A DNA stretch of 64,000 bases from an uncultured delta proteobacterium (GTDB lineage: Bacteria > Myxococcota > Kuafuiibacteriia > Kuafuiibacteriales > Kuafuiibacteriaceae). This document shows, in pieces, positions 29,353-39,187 of the stretch; position 1 is the stretch's first letter; every line of letters starts with the position of its first letter. The DNA is taken from contig CAWDML010000001.1 in assembly GCA_963803435.1 (NCBI GenBank), positions 896,001 through 960,000 of the forward strand, in the 5' to 3' direction. A model generated the notes under the pieces. That model ran no database searches, was not told the origin of the DNA, and saw only the letters and a list, made by a program, of their open reading frames with translations. The translations under genes and the position numbers were made by a program.

Positions 29353-30291
29353 ATGGCGCCGACGCACGGAGGCGGAGTCGTGTTCCGCGTCGAGGAGGGG
29401 CGACGCTTCTACCTCCTCGTCACCGCCAGCTCGAACGCGACCGAGTGGGTGCTCCCCAAGGGGACCATCAAGAAGGACGAGACGCCCGAGCAAGCCGCCA
29501 TCCGTGAGGTACGCGAGGAGGCGGGCGTTCGTGCCGAGAGCCTGGGCCCCATCGACGAGCTTCAGGGCTCGGGCGACAAGCTCATCCGCTACTTCCTGAT
29601 GCGGTACCTGTGGGACGTCGAGCAGATGGAGCGGCGGAGCCGGGACTACTGGCCGTACGACGAGGCGATCACCATCGCGTCACGCCCCGACGTCCGCGCC
29701 GCGCTCGAGGCCGCCGAGGAGCGCGCACGCGACCTCGACCGCAAGGAGGCCGCCGCCAACGACTACACCCGGACCCTCCACCAGCAGCTCGACCTGATCA
29801 GGGGACGCCAACGGGAGACTGAACGCTTCGCCCACGGCTTCTTGGGCGTGTTCGGGTTCGGCACGGTGCTGGCGATGCTCGCGCTGATTCGCGGCCACGG
29901 ACCGATCAGCACCCCCTCGCTCGCGATCCTGGCTGTGCTCGGCGGCGCCTACGCGTATCTGGTCGCGCTCCGCTATGGAGGCTACCGCCGGACGCTGTTC
30001 GAGCTCGGGTATCACGCCGACCTCACCGTCCGTGCCCGCCTCACCGGCAGCCGTCCCGACCAGTACGCCCGCTGGCTCTCGGCCCGGCTCGACGGGCCCG
30101 ACCAGCCGCGCGCCGATACGGGTGGCGCCGCTCCGGAGGAGGCCGGGTTCGATCTCGAGGCCAAGGCTCTCCTCGACGATCACCGGCGGCGCTGGCGGCG
30201 CGAGCTGGACGGTTTCTTCCGCGGCGGCCGCTGGCCGTTCTCCATCACCAGCGCGCTGTGGTTGTTCGGGCTCGCTGCGGTTCATTTCTGA
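29353..30291 (+). CDS. NUDIX hydrolase fused to a C-terminal multi-TM domain
   Basis: Intact Nudix box GTIKKDETPEQAAIREVREEAGV; 2-3 TM helices downstream. Confidence 0.82.
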   Translation: MAPTHGGGVVFRVEEGRRFYLLVTASSNATEWVLPKGTIKKDETPEQAAIREVREEAGVRAESLGPIDELQGSGDKLIRYFLMRYLWDVEQMERRSRDYWPYDEAITIASRPDVRAALEAAEERARDLDRKEAAANDYTRTLHQQLDLIRGRQRETERFAHGFLGVFGFGTVLAMLALIRGHGPISTPSLAILAVLGGAYAYLVALRYGGYRRTLFELGYHADLTVRARLTGSRPDQYARWLSARLDGPDQPRADTGGAAPEEAGFDLEAKALLDDHRRRWRRELDGFFRGGRWPFSITSALWLFGLAAVHF

Positions 30292-30391
30292 TCGAAGTCG
30301 GGGGCGGAGCAGCTCGCCGCGGGGGTAGCGGGATCATCATCTGCACGAATGCGTGCCCCACGGAGAGTGCATGCACCGTCTCGGAGGCCCG

Positions 30392-31291
30392 TCAGAGATC
30401 GACGAAGCTCCAGCGCGCGGACGCCGTCGCCAGATCGATGAAGGCGCGTACGCTCGCCGACGGGAGGCGCGTTCCGGGATAGACGATCTGGATCGGGAGC
30501 GGGGGCGGCTCGTGTCGTTGGAGCACGAGCACGAGCGCGCCGGTCGTCAGGTGCTCCGTCACCTGATAGGAGAGCACCATCGCCAGCCCGCCGCCCCGCT
30601 CGGCGTGGACGATGGCGGCCTCGGCGCTGTTGGTCACGAACGAGGGCCGGATCGCCACGCGCACCTCGACGCCCTTGCGGAAGAACCGCCACTCGGGCGC
30701 GGGCGTGAGACCGGTGAACTGGATGATGGCGTGCGAGGCGAGGTCGGCCGGCCTGCGGACCGTCGAGCGCGACGCGAGGTAGGCCGGGCTCGCCACCAGC
30801 ACGCGGCGGGTCGCTCCGACCGGCCGCACCCGGAGCGACGAGTCCTCGAGCACGCCGATCCGGACCGCCAGATCGACGCCCTCCTCCACCAGGTTGACCA
30901 TCCGATCGGCCAGCGTCAGCTCGCCGATCACCGCGGGATGTCTCGCCAACAGCTCGCACATCAGCGGCGCCACCTCGCGCCTGCCGAAGACGTTCGGCGC
31001 CGCCACCACGAGACGACCGGTCGGCTCCGTGCTCTCGGCGCGCGCCGCCTGCTCGGCCTCCGCCACCGCGCCGAGGATCCTGCGCGCACGCTCCAGATAG
31101 CGCGCACCGGCGTCGGTGAGAGCCACGGAGCGCGTGGTGCGCTGGAGCAGGCGGATCTCGAGGCGCTCCTCGAGCGACGAGACCAGACGGGTGATCGCGG
31201 GCGGCGAGGTTCCGAGCCGGCGCGCCGCCTTCGTGAAGCTGGAGAGCTCCGCCACCGTGACGAAGGCGTTCATCGCCTCCAATCGGTCCAT
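30392..31291 (-). CDS. LysR family transcriptional regulator (CrgA-like)
   Basis: SFTKAARRL...LLQRTTRSVALTDAG; EEGVDLAVRIG. Confidence 0.95.
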   Translation of the reverse strand: MDRLEAMNAFVTVAELSSFTKAARRLGTSPPAITRLVSSLEERLEIRLLQRTTRSVALTDAGARYLERARRILGAVAEAEQAARAESTEPTGRLVVAAPNVFGRREVAPLMCELLARHPAVIGELTLADRMVNLVEEGVDLAVRIGVLEDSSLRVRPVGATRRVLVASPAYLASRSTVRRPADLASHAIIQFTGLTPAPEWRFFRKGVEVRVAIRPSFVTNSAEAAIVHAERGGGLAMVLSYQVTEHLTTGALVLVLQRHEPPPLPIQIVYPGTRLPSASVRAFIDLATASARWSFVDL

Positions 31292-31350
31292 CGGATGATT
31301 ATTTCACAATCTGCAATTATTTCTAGAAGTGATGCGCATTGTTTCCACTG
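31292..31350. promoter_or_regulatory. AT-rich LysR divergent control region
   Basis: GATT-N7-AATC dyad (31297-31311), two ATTATTTC direct repeats. Confidence 0.55.
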
Positions 31351-31370
31351 ATCTCTCCACCGGCAGCCTT

Positions 31371-32693
31371 CTACTCGAGCGGTACGAGAGGCGGTTGCGC
31401 GACCTTCCGTTGGTCGATTCGCGCCAGGATGGCGAGCCAGTCCTCCTCAGCTTCCAGCGCCGCCAGGATCGAGTTCAGCCCGAAGTTGATCCGATTGAGG
31501 AACACCAGGCCGGGACGCTTGGTCTCTCGGATCCCCATCTTGAAGAGCTTCTTCGAGAGCTCGAGCTTGGCGTGCATGGTGAGTCGGGTGAGCTCTTCCG
31601 TGAAATCGCGGCTGTACGCGAAGGGCTGAGGCCGAAGGAGAGGGGCGAAGCTGATCAGGACAAACTCTTCGATCACGTCCCGCACGTCTTGGTCCATTCC
31701 TTCCGGGATCCCGTAGGCCGTCTCGAGCAATCGATACAGCTCGGCTCCGCGGAAGCCGGCGACCACACGCTGACGGACCTCGGTGAAGGCGGCGAGAGCG
31801 TCGGGAGGGAAGCGCTGGACGCATCCGAAGTCGAGGAAGGCGATCCGGCCGCCGGGCATGAACACGTAGTTACCGGGGTGGGGATCGGCGTTGAACATTC
31901 CGAACAGATAGAGGGTCTCGAACACGAAGCGGAAGATGACGCGGCCGTAGCGCTTCCTCTCGGAGGGCGTCGAGGAGGCCAGCATCTCTTCCCAACCCAT
32001 TCCCTGGACCAGCTCGGTGACGAGGACACAATCGTCGGACAGCTCCGGATAGACCCGGGGCACGAAGATCTCCGCATCGTTGTCGTAGATCCTCCCGAAT
32101 TCCTGCTGGTTGCAGAGCTCGCAGCCGTAGTCACACTCTTCGCCGATGCGCGCGGTGATGTCGCCGATGGTGGTCTCCAGCTCGACCTTCGGAAGCACGA
32201 TCGCGGCGGCGGACAGGAGCGTGTCCGCGTTCCTGAGGTCGCTCTCGATCGCCTCCTTGATCCCGGGGTACTGGACCTTGACCGCGACCTCGGTGCCCTC
32301 TTCGAGCCGGGCGCGATAGACCTGTCCGATGGAAGCGGCCGCGATCGGCTCTCGATCGAAGCTCGCAAAGCGCGCCTCGATCTGGACGGTGTCGAGCGGC
32401 ATCGGACGAGCGCGGATGCGGAGGGCGGCGAGCGTGTCGCGGTAGATGGATCGGTGCTCGGGCGGGACCATGTCATCGACGTAGGACAGCATCTGCCCGA
32501 GCTTCATCGGCAGACCCTTCATCTCTCCGAGCCGCGCCATCAGGCGTTCGGCGGCGCGCCGATGGAACTCCTCGCCCGCATTCTTGCCGGCGGCCGCGAC
32601 CGCGACCGCGACGTCGCCGGCGAGGCCGGCGGCCATACCGCCGAGCTTCAAGGCTCTCTCGAGGCGGCCGGTCGGAAGGGGATCCTTCGCCAC
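31371..32693 (-). CDS. ABC1/AarF/UbiB family atypical kinase
   Basis: MKGLPMKLGQ (KxGQ), AAASIGQVY, VAVKVQYPG, NADPHPGNY, LDFG. Confidence 0.93.
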   Translation of the reverse strand: MAKDPLPTGRLERALKLGGMAAGLAGDVAVAVAAAGKNAGEEFHRRAAERLMARLGEMKGLPMKLGQMLSYVDDMVPPEHRSIYRDTLAALRIRARPMPLDTVQIEARFASFDREPIAAASIGQVYRARLEEGTEVAVKVQYPGIKEAIESDLRNADTLLSAAAIVLPKVELETTIGDITARIGEECDYGCELCNQQEFGRIYDNDAEIFVPRVYPELSDDCVLVTELVQGMGWEEMLASSTPSERKRYGRVIFRFVFETLYLFGMFNADPHPGNYVFMPGGRIAFLDFGCVQRFPPDALAAFTEVRQRVVAGFRGAELYRLLETAYGIPEGMDQDVRDVIEEFVLISFAPLLRPQPFAYSRDFTEELTRLTMHAKLELSKKLFKMGIRETKRPGLVFLNRINFGLNSILAALEAEEDWLAILARIDQRKVAQPPLVPLE

Positions 32694-32747
32694 TTCAGCC
32701 CATGAGTACGTCCCTGCCCGGTCGGGGGCAACAACGATCCGGGGCGA

Positions 32748-33512
32748 TTACCGGGCCAGATATCCGCCGTCCGCCGCGAGCGCATGGCCGGTGATGAAGG
32801 AGGCGGCGTCGGAGCAGAGCCAAATCACGGTCCGAGCGATCTCGAAGGGCGTCGCGACTCGCTTCATTGGATGGCGCTCGCCGATCTGGTCGACTGAGCC
32901 CGACGGTCCGGCCAGCTTCGAGCCGCGGAGCATCGGCGTGTCGACGAACCCGGGACAGATCGCGTTGATACGGACCTTTCGCGACGCCGTCTCGAGGGCG
33001 GCGGCGCGGGTCAATCCGATCACCCCATGCTTGGCGGCGACGTAGGAAGAAAGGCCCTCGATCGCGACCATCCCGAAGACCGATGCTGCGTTCACGATGG
33101 CTCCGCCGTCGTTCCTCAACATCTGCCGAATCTCGGACTTGAGGCAGCGGTATAGACCGGTGAGGTTGACGTCGATGACGCGCTGCCACTCCTCCTCCGC
33201 GGACAAGACCAGCGGACCGACCGGGCCGAGGATCCCGGCGCTGTTGAACGCGCAGTCGATCCGACCGAACTCCGACACAGACTGCTCGAACAGCGCCGCC
33301 ACGTCCTCGCTTCGCGTGACGTCACATCGAAGATAGAGCGCCTCCCCGCCTGCTTCGCGGATCTCCGGGACGATGGCGTCCTCCTCCGCCGAAACCAGAT
33401 CCGCCACGACCACTCGGGCACCCCGAGCGGCGAACTCGACCGCAACCGCGGCGCCGATCCCCGAGCTTCCGCCCGTGACCAGCGCGACCTTTCCTTCGAA
33501 CCCTTCACCCAT
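32748..33512 (-). CDS. Short-chain dehydrogenase/reductase
   Basis: TGGSSGIG, NSAG, YVAAK, CPGFVDT; start 33512 or 33521. Confidence 0.93.
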   Translation of the reverse strand: MGEGFEGKVALVTGGSSGIGAAVAVEFAARGARVVVADLVSAEEDAIVPEIREAGGEALYLRCDVTRSEDVAALFEQSVSEFGRIDCAFNSAGILGPVGPLVLSAEEEWQRVIDVNLTGLYRCLKSEIRQMLRNDGGAIVNAASVFGMVAIEGLSSYVAAKHGVIGLTRAAALETASRKVRINAICPGFVDTPMLRGSKLAGPSGSVDQIGERHPMKRVATPFEIARTVIWLCSDAASFITGHALAADGGYLAR

Positions 33513-33942
33513 GACCGACATCGACCCGGCTCGCGATGGTCTCGCCCTTCGCCACTGTCTGACCGTCGACCTCGGCCTCGCCGGAGAACATCACGCTCTC
33601 GCCCACCCGCCGCTCGAGCCTCGCCTTCAGGATCAGCTCAGCGTCCGGCACCACCGGCCGCAGGAAACGGATCTTCCAGGAACCGACCAGCACCAGCCCC
33701 TCCTCGAAGCCATCCTGGAGCTTGAGGAGCACCAGCGACGTCTGTCCGAGGCCCTCCGCGATCAGCACGCCTGGGTAGATCGGCTGCCCTGGAAAGTGAC
33801 CCTCGAAGATCGGGTCGCTCCGTCGGATCGACCGCACGCCGACGATGCTGCGCCCGGGCTCGACCTCCAGGATCGCGTCGACCATCAGGAAGGGTGGTCG
33901 ATGCGGGACCAAGGCCATGATCTCCTCTCGGTTCAGGCGCAT
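33505..33942 (-). CDS. fabZ: 3-hydroxyacyl-ACP dehydratase
   Basis: PHRPPFLMVD, FEGHFPGQPIYPGVLIAEGLGQ, FLRPVVP. Confidence 0.92.
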   Translation of the reverse strand: MRLNREEIMALVPHRPPFLMVDAILEVEPGRSIVGVRSIRRSDPIFEGHFPGQPIYPGVLIAEGLGQTSLVLLKLQDGFEEGLVLVGSWKIRFLRPVVPDAELILKARLERRVGESVMFSGEAEVDGQTVAKGETIASRVDVGHG

Positions 33943-33943
33943 T

Positions 33944-35758
33944 TCAGGTCTCCGTACGGCGCAGCGCGAGCTCGAGACCCTCGCGAAACTCGGCGACGTC
34001 CGGCCGCAACGCGAGCGCGCGACGGTAATCGGCGATCGCCTCCGCCGGCTGCCCGAGCTCCAGTCGTGCCCGCGCCCGACCGAAGTACCCCATCGCAAAC
34101 GAGTCGTCGAGCTGCAGCGCCTTCTCGAACTCCCAGAGCGCCTGCTGGAAGCGTTCGGCCCGGAGGTGATCGACGCCCTCGTTGTAGTGGTAGTGCGGAA
34201 ACGAGCGGCCGGTGTGGATGTAGCGGCAGACCGAGAGCTCCAGGTGGAAGTACTTGGCGCCGGTGAACCCGCTGGCTTTGACGCCACCGAGGTAGGGCGC
34301 ACGCGCGTCGAAGTAGAACGGATGGTCGTTCACGAAGACCGATCCGGTCTGGACCCTGCTGGCATAGCGCTCCGCAATGTCAGGATCCCTGGTCCAAATC
34401 GACGCGCGCAGCCCGTACAACGAGTCGTTCGTATAATCGATCGCCTGCTCGATATCGTCGACGATCGCGACCGGGAGCAACGGACCGAAGATCTCGTGCT
34501 TCATGCAATGCAGATCCGGCGTCGCGTCCCCGATCAGCGTCGGATCGAGGAACACCCCGTCGGGGCTCTCGGCGCCGGTGTGATCGAACCAGCGCCCGCC
34601 CCGGAGGATCGGTTTGCCCTTGCGTCGGGCGTCCTCGAGCGTCGCGACGCAGACGTCGCGATCGATGTCGAAGATCGGCATCAAGCAGGGGGCCTCCGTG
34701 AAGATCTCGCTCGGTGGACCGACCGTCCACTCGACCGAGAGCAACGCCAGCAGGCGATCGAGAAAGCGATCGTAGATCTTGCGGTGGACGAAGAGACGCT
34801 TCGGCGCCACACAGACCATTCCACTGAAGATCAGGAAGCGCGTCATGTAGACGGCGGTCGCGGCCGGGGTGATGTCGGCGTCGTCCCAAACGACAGCGGC
34901 ATCGCTACCCGAGAGCTCGAGGACGGCCTTCTTGAACCGCTTCATCAGGCGCGAGCCGATCTCCGTCCCGAGCCCAGTCCCGCCGTAGAAGACGACCGCG
35001 CCGATCCTCGGAGACTTTCCCCAGGCATCGAGAATCTCGCGCGTGTCACCGACCACACTGTTGATCAAACCTGGGAAGCCATGCCGAGCGGCCACCTCCT
35101 GACAGATCTCGGTGAACCGCATCGTCTGGGCGGCCCGGTTGCGAGGCGGTCGCATGATGATCGCGTTGCCGGCGAGCAGCGCGCCCATCATCCCCACGAG
35201 GCTGTTGTAGATCGGCGCGTTTCCGGGCGGCGAGAAACCGACCACCCCGACCGGGAAATACGTGATCCGATCGAACGGCGTGACCTCCTGTCCCTTCAGC
35301 TGCGACACGAAATAGTCGAGGGTCTGCGACTGAAACGTGCCCCGTTCTTCGTAGTGATGTTTGATCTCGAGCTCGAACATCTTGCGAGGTCGGCCCTCGC
35401 AGACCCCCAGGTCCCTGAGATCGCGCTCCTCCCTCCTCAGCGCCGCCCCGATCTCCAAGATCAGCGCTTTTCGCTCCTCGAACGACGAGTCCGAATACGC
35501 GAGATAGGCGCGATGCGCGCTGTCGATTGCCTGCTCGATCTCCGGTTGCCCCGCGATCGCGATCCGGGCGAAGAATCGCCCGCGATCATCCGTGGAGGGC
35601 GTGCCCTCCGAGTTCGCCCGTCGAACGCGTGCGATGGTCCCTTCGTAGTCTCGAACGTACTCGTCGGCGTGCGCGAGGAACTCGTACTGCTTCGTATCGA
35701 CGGCCTCGCCGCCGATACGAAGCGGCAACGTCCTGATCTCGTCCTTCATCAGCCTCAC
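33944..35758 (-). CDS. Aldehyde dehydrogenase-family protein with C-terminal TPR repeats
   Basis: PGNAP, ALLAGN, LELSG (Glu), SGMVC (Cys), EIFGP, YGL; tail FQQALWEFEKALQLD...AIADYRRALALRP. Confidence 0.88.
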   Translation of the reverse strand: MRLMKDEIRTLPLRIGGEAVDTKQYEFLAHADEYVRDYEGTIARVRRANSEGTPSTDDRGRFFARIAIAGQPEIEQAIDSAHRAYLAYSDSSFEERKALILEIGAALRREERDLRDLGVCEGRPRKMFELEIKHHYEERGTFQSQTLDYFVSQLKGQEVTPFDRITYFPVGVVGFSPPGNAPIYNSLVGMMGALLAGNAIIMRPPRNRAAQTMRFTEICQEVAARHGFPGLINSVVGDTREILDAWGKSPRIGAVVFYGGTGLGTEIGSRLMKRFKKAVLELSGSDAAVVWDDADITPAATAVYMTRFLIFSGMVCVAPKRLFVHRKIYDRFLDRLLALLSVEWTVGPPSEIFTEAPCLMPIFDIDRDVCVATLEDARRKGKPILRGGRWFDHTGAESPDGVFLDPTLIGDATPDLHCMKHEIFGPLLPVAIVDDIEQAIDYTNDSLYGLRASIWTRDPDIAERYASRVQTGSVFVNDHPFYFDARAPYLGGVKASGFTGAKYFHLELSVCRYIHTGRSFPHYHYNEGVDHLRAERFQQALWEFEKALQLDDSFAMGYFGRARARLELGQPAEAIADYRRALALRPDVAEFREGLELALRRTET

Positions 35759-37023
35759 CCCAGGTTCGACGTCATCAACATGTATTGGTAGGTCGGTGGA
35801 GGCTCGATAGCGGCGTCCACCTGCGGGTGGTAGTTCGGTGCGACCTGCGAGTTCAATCGCTCGATCGTGGGGGCGAGCCGCGCGTGCTTGGCCGCCCTGG
35901 CCTTCCCGTCCCGCTCCTTGAACTCCGGCATCACCTCGCGAGCGAACAGCTCAAACGACTCGCAGACATCCTCGTGGCGCGCATTGCCGGCCTGAGCCTG
36001 GAAGATCACCATGTCCACACCGGCAGCCTCGTAACCAAGCAGCACCTGCCGAACCTGATCGGGCGTCCCGATCGCGCCGCGCAGCGGCCCCGTGATCTTC
36101 TCGAACGCCTCGCGCAACACGCTCTGCTTCTTGTCCTCGACCGTGAGACCCAGCTGCTGGCGGTTGGCCTGGAACTCCTCCCAGATGTTCGTCGTCCCAG
36201 GACGATGGATGCCGTGCAGGTAGTAATGGCAGGTCGTGTAGCAGAAGAAGAGGTAGTTCTCCAGGCCCCGCTCGAGCGCCGCCTTCTCATCGCGAAGGCA
36301 GGTCATCGGCATCAGCGTGGCGATGTTCGGATTGACCGCGAACCCGACCGGCTTGCACTCGCGTTCGAACGTCTCGTAGTACTTTCGGACTCGGAACGCG
36401 CATTCATCCTGGTCCACGAAGCCATACCCGAGGACTCCGACCCCCTTCCTCGCAGCGGCGAGTGCCGCCTCGCGTCGCGTACCCGCCATCCACAGAGGGG
36501 GATGTGGCTTCTGGAGCGGCTTGGGCACCACGTTGATCGGTGGGATCTGGATGTACTTGCCGGAGTGACCGGCGAACGGCGTCTCCACCATCAGCCGCAG
36601 CACGACCTCGAGCGACTCCTCCCACATCGCGCGCTTCTCGGCGTGCGGGATCTCGAACGAGCTCAGCTCCACCAGGGTGTTGGACTCTCCGCTTCCGAAG
36701 TCGACCCTCCCGTTCGATAGGAGGTCCAGCGTCGCGATGCGCTCGGCCGTCCGGATCGGATGGTTGAACTTGTGGATGGCGTGACAAACCCCCGTCCCCA
36801 GGCGGATCTGTTTGGTTCGTTGAGTGAGCGCTCCCAGCAGAACCTCCGGAGCGGCGCTATGGGCATGCTCCTCGAGACCGTGGTGCTCCGTCAGCCAGAT
36901 GTAATCGAACCCAAGCTGATCGGCCAGCTCGAGCTGCGCCAACCCCTCCTGAAAGAGCCTGCGCTCGGTACTCTCATCCCACGGCTTCGGGCATTGCGCT
37001 TCATAGAAAAGACCAAACTTCAT
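35755..37023 (-). CDS. Luciferase-like (LLM) flavin-dependent monooxygenase
   Basis: MKFGLF, LGFDYIWLTEHH, RTKQIRLG, AERIATLDLLSNGRVDFG, PKPLQKPHPPLW. Confidence 0.93.
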   Translation of the reverse strand: MKFGLFYEAQCPKPWDESTERRLFQEGLAQLELADQLGFDYIWLTEHHGLEEHAHSAAPEVLLGALTQRTKQIRLGTGVCHAIHKFNHPIRTAERIATLDLLSNGRVDFGSGESNTLVELSSFEIPHAEKRAMWEESLEVVLRLMVETPFAGHSGKYIQIPPINVVPKPLQKPHPPLWMAGTRREAALAAARKGVGVLGYGFVDQDECAFRVRKYYETFERECKPVGFAVNPNIATLMPMTCLRDEKAALERGLENYLFFCYTTCHYYLHGIHRPGTTNIWEEFQANRQQLGLTVEDKKQSVLREAFEKITGPLRGAIGTPDQVRQVLLGYEAAGVDMVIFQAQAGNARHEDVCESFELFAREVMPEFKERDGKARAAKHARLAPTIERLNSQVAPNYHPQVDAAIEPPPTYQYMLMTSNLG

Positions 37024-37031
37024 CCTCCGAC

Positions 37032-37265
37032 CTACTTTCCGCGCAGCTGTTCGACAATGGAGACGATCGCGGCGACCGTCTGGAAGTCCCGAACTCGGTC
37101 CTCCGGAACCTTGATCGAAAACTTCTTTTCGACCTTGGTAACGATGTCCACGAGAAGGATCGAGTCCATCCCGAGCTCGCGCGTCAGGTGGGCGGTCGGC
37201 GCCAGGTCCTGCTCAGTTTCCAGAATCTCCGACACAATCTGCTTGATCTCAATCGTCGTATCCAA
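37032..37265 (-). CDS. Acyl carrier protein
   Basis: LGMDSILLV phosphopantetheine Ser; TTG start after GGAGG. Confidence 0.9.
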   Translation of the reverse strand: MDTTIEIKQIVSEILETEQDLAPTAHLTRELGMDSILLVDIVTKVEKKFSIKVPEDRVRDFQTVAAIVSIVEQLRGK

Positions 37266-37278
37266 ACGAACCTCCAAG

Positions 37279-38451
37279 TCACACAATGGCGGTCGGGTCG
37301 ACCTCCCGCCGGTAATCCACTCCCTCGATCTCGAATCCGAACAGCCTCAGAAACTCGCGCCGATAGCCGTCCTGGTCGCCGAGCTCCCGCAGGTTCTCGG
37401 TGTTCACGAGCGCCATCCGTCGCTCGATCTCCTCCTGGACGTCGGACCGCAGCTCGCGGTCATCCATTCGCAGGAGCGCTCCCGAGGCGTGCGCGGGCAG
37501 CTCCACCCGGAACAGACGCACGATATGGTCGAGGCACTCCTCATGCAGCCGCTTCTGCTTCATGACGCTGTACATCAGCCTGATATAGAGCGGGATGAAC
37601 GGTATCGCGCAGCTCGCCTGGGTCAGCAGGCCCTTGTTCACCGCCACCAGGCAGCGACCGCCCACCGGATCGAGCAGCTGCTGGATCGCTTCGGCTCTCG
37701 CCTCGAGATCCTGCTTTGCGCGACCGATCGTGCCGTCCCCGTAGATCGGCCGGATCACGTCGGGACCGCGATACGAGTACGCGAGCGTGAGCGCGCCCGG
37801 CGCCAAGAGCTGGGCGGCGGCGAGTGCTCGAATCCACGACTCCCAGTCCTCGCCACCCATCACCGCGACGGTCTCGTCGATCTCGCGCGGCGTGGCCGGC
37901 TCGACGGTCAGCGTCGACACCTTTCCATCGGCGCCCTCGACGCTCTTGGCGGTGTGGCTCCGGCCGATCGGCTTGAGGACCGACCAGCGATCGAGGCCTG
38001 TCTTCGAGTCGGTGCGGCGCGGGCTCGCGACGCTATAAACGACGAGATCGAGCTGGCCGAGCTCCGCCGTGATGGTGGCGAGCACCTGCTCTTTCGTTTG
38101 GTCCGAGAACGCATCCGCGTTGATCCAACGGGCGTAGATGCCGTCGCGGGCTGCGGCGCGCTCGATCGCCAGGTTGTGATACCACCCGGGCGATCCGGTC
38201 CGCTTGACGGATGGTGCTCGATCGAGCGCCACCGAGAGCGTATCGGCGCCGTACCCGAACGAGCAGACCAGCCGGCTGGCGAGCCCGTAGCCGGCCGAAC
38301 CACCGAGCACCAGGACCCTTCGCGGTCCGGTGCCACAAGGCCAGCGCTCCGCTCGCACGCGCGCGATCTGCTGCTCCACGTCGGCTGCACAGCCGACCGG
38401 GTGCGTCGTCGCGCAAAGGAACCCACGGATGATTGGCTCGACCTGCATCAT
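37279..38451 (-). CDS. fabV: Enoyl-ACP reductase FabV / trans-2-enoyl-CoA reductase
   Basis: THPVGC, GGSAGYGLASR, NADAFS, YSVASPRR, VMGGEDW, YGDGTIGRAK. Confidence 0.92.
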   Translation of the reverse strand: MMQVEPIIRGFLCATTHPVGCAADVEQQIARVRAERWPCGTGPRRVLVLGGSAGYGLASRLVCSFGYGADTLSVALDRAPSVKRTGSPGWYHNLAIERAAARDGIYARWINADAFSDQTKEQVLATITAELGQLDLVVYSVASPRRTDSKTGLDRWSVLKPIGRSHTAKSVEGADGKVSTLTVEPATPREIDETVAVMGGEDWESWIRALAAAQLLAPGALTLAYSYRGPDVIRPIYGDGTIGRAKQDLEARAEAIQQLLDPVGGRCLVAVNKGLLTQASCAIPFIPLYIRLMYSVMKQKRLHEECLDHIVRLFRVELPAHASGALLRMDDRELRSDVQEEIERRMALVNTENLRELGDQDGYRREFLRLFGFEIEGVDYRREVDPTAIV

Positions 38452-38452
38452 T

Positions 38453-39187
38453 TCAGCTGAACCCACCGTCGACGGCGATGACCTGGCCAGTGAGGTACCG
38501 CGCCCCCTCAGAGAGCAGGAACCGCACGACGCTCGCGACGTCCTCGGGCTCGCCGAAGAAGCCCATGGGAATCCGTGAAAGACGATCGCTTCGAATCTTC
38601 TCCGGCAGCTGGTCGGTCATCGCGGTCGTGATGTATCCGGGGGCGACGGCGTTCACGGTGATCCCGTAGCGCGCGACCTCGCGCGCGAGCGCCCGGGTGA
38701 GCCCCACGAGTCCGGCCTTGGCGGCCGCGTAGTTCGCCTGGCCCGCTCCCCCGGTCAACGCGCTCACGGACGAGACGTTCACGATGCGACCTCTGCGCTC
38801 CTTCATCATCCCGAGGATCGCCGCGCGGCTGCAGTGAAACGCACCCGTGAGGTTCACGCCGACGACCTCGTTCCACTCGGCCGCGGTCATGTTGACGAGG
38901 TATCGATCTCTCGTGAGGCCGGCGTTGTTGACCACAGCTTCCACGGTGCCGAATCGATCGAGCACCGAGCGAAAGAAGCCCTGCACCGACGCCTCGTCCG
39001 AGACGTCGGCGCGCGCGGCGAGGCATCGACCGCCGGCGCTCTCGATCTCACGGGCGACGTCGCGTGCGGCCCCCTCCTGGTCGTAGTAGTTGAACGCGAT
39101 CGACCACCCGGCGCGCGCCAGGTCGAGAGCGATCGCGCGTCCGATCCCTCGGCTCGCACCAGTGACGACGGCGACCCTCGCCGTCAT
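38453..39187 (-). CDS. fabG: 3-oxoacyl-ACP reductase
   Basis: TGASRGIG, NNAGLTRD, GQANYAAAKAG, VAPGYITTAMT. Confidence 0.92.
   Translation of the reverse strand: MTARVAVVTGASRGIGRAIALDLARAGWSIAFNYYDQEGAARDVAREIESAGGRCLAARADVSDEASVQGFFRSVLDRFGTVEAVVNNAGLTRDRYLVNMTAAEWNEVVGVNLTGAFHCSRAAILGMMKERRGRIVNVSSVSALTGGAGQANYAAAKAGLVGLTRALAREVARYGITVNAVAPGYITTAMTDQLPEKIRSDRLSRIPMGFFGEPEDVASVVRFLLSEGARYLTGQVIAVDGGFS

Noticed and set aside
33944-37023. A bona fide lux bioluminescence operon
   Set aside because: Single LLM, no LuxD/LuxE/LuxG, and the ALDH keeps the ELxG catalytic Glu of ordinary ALDHs; kept only as an analogy
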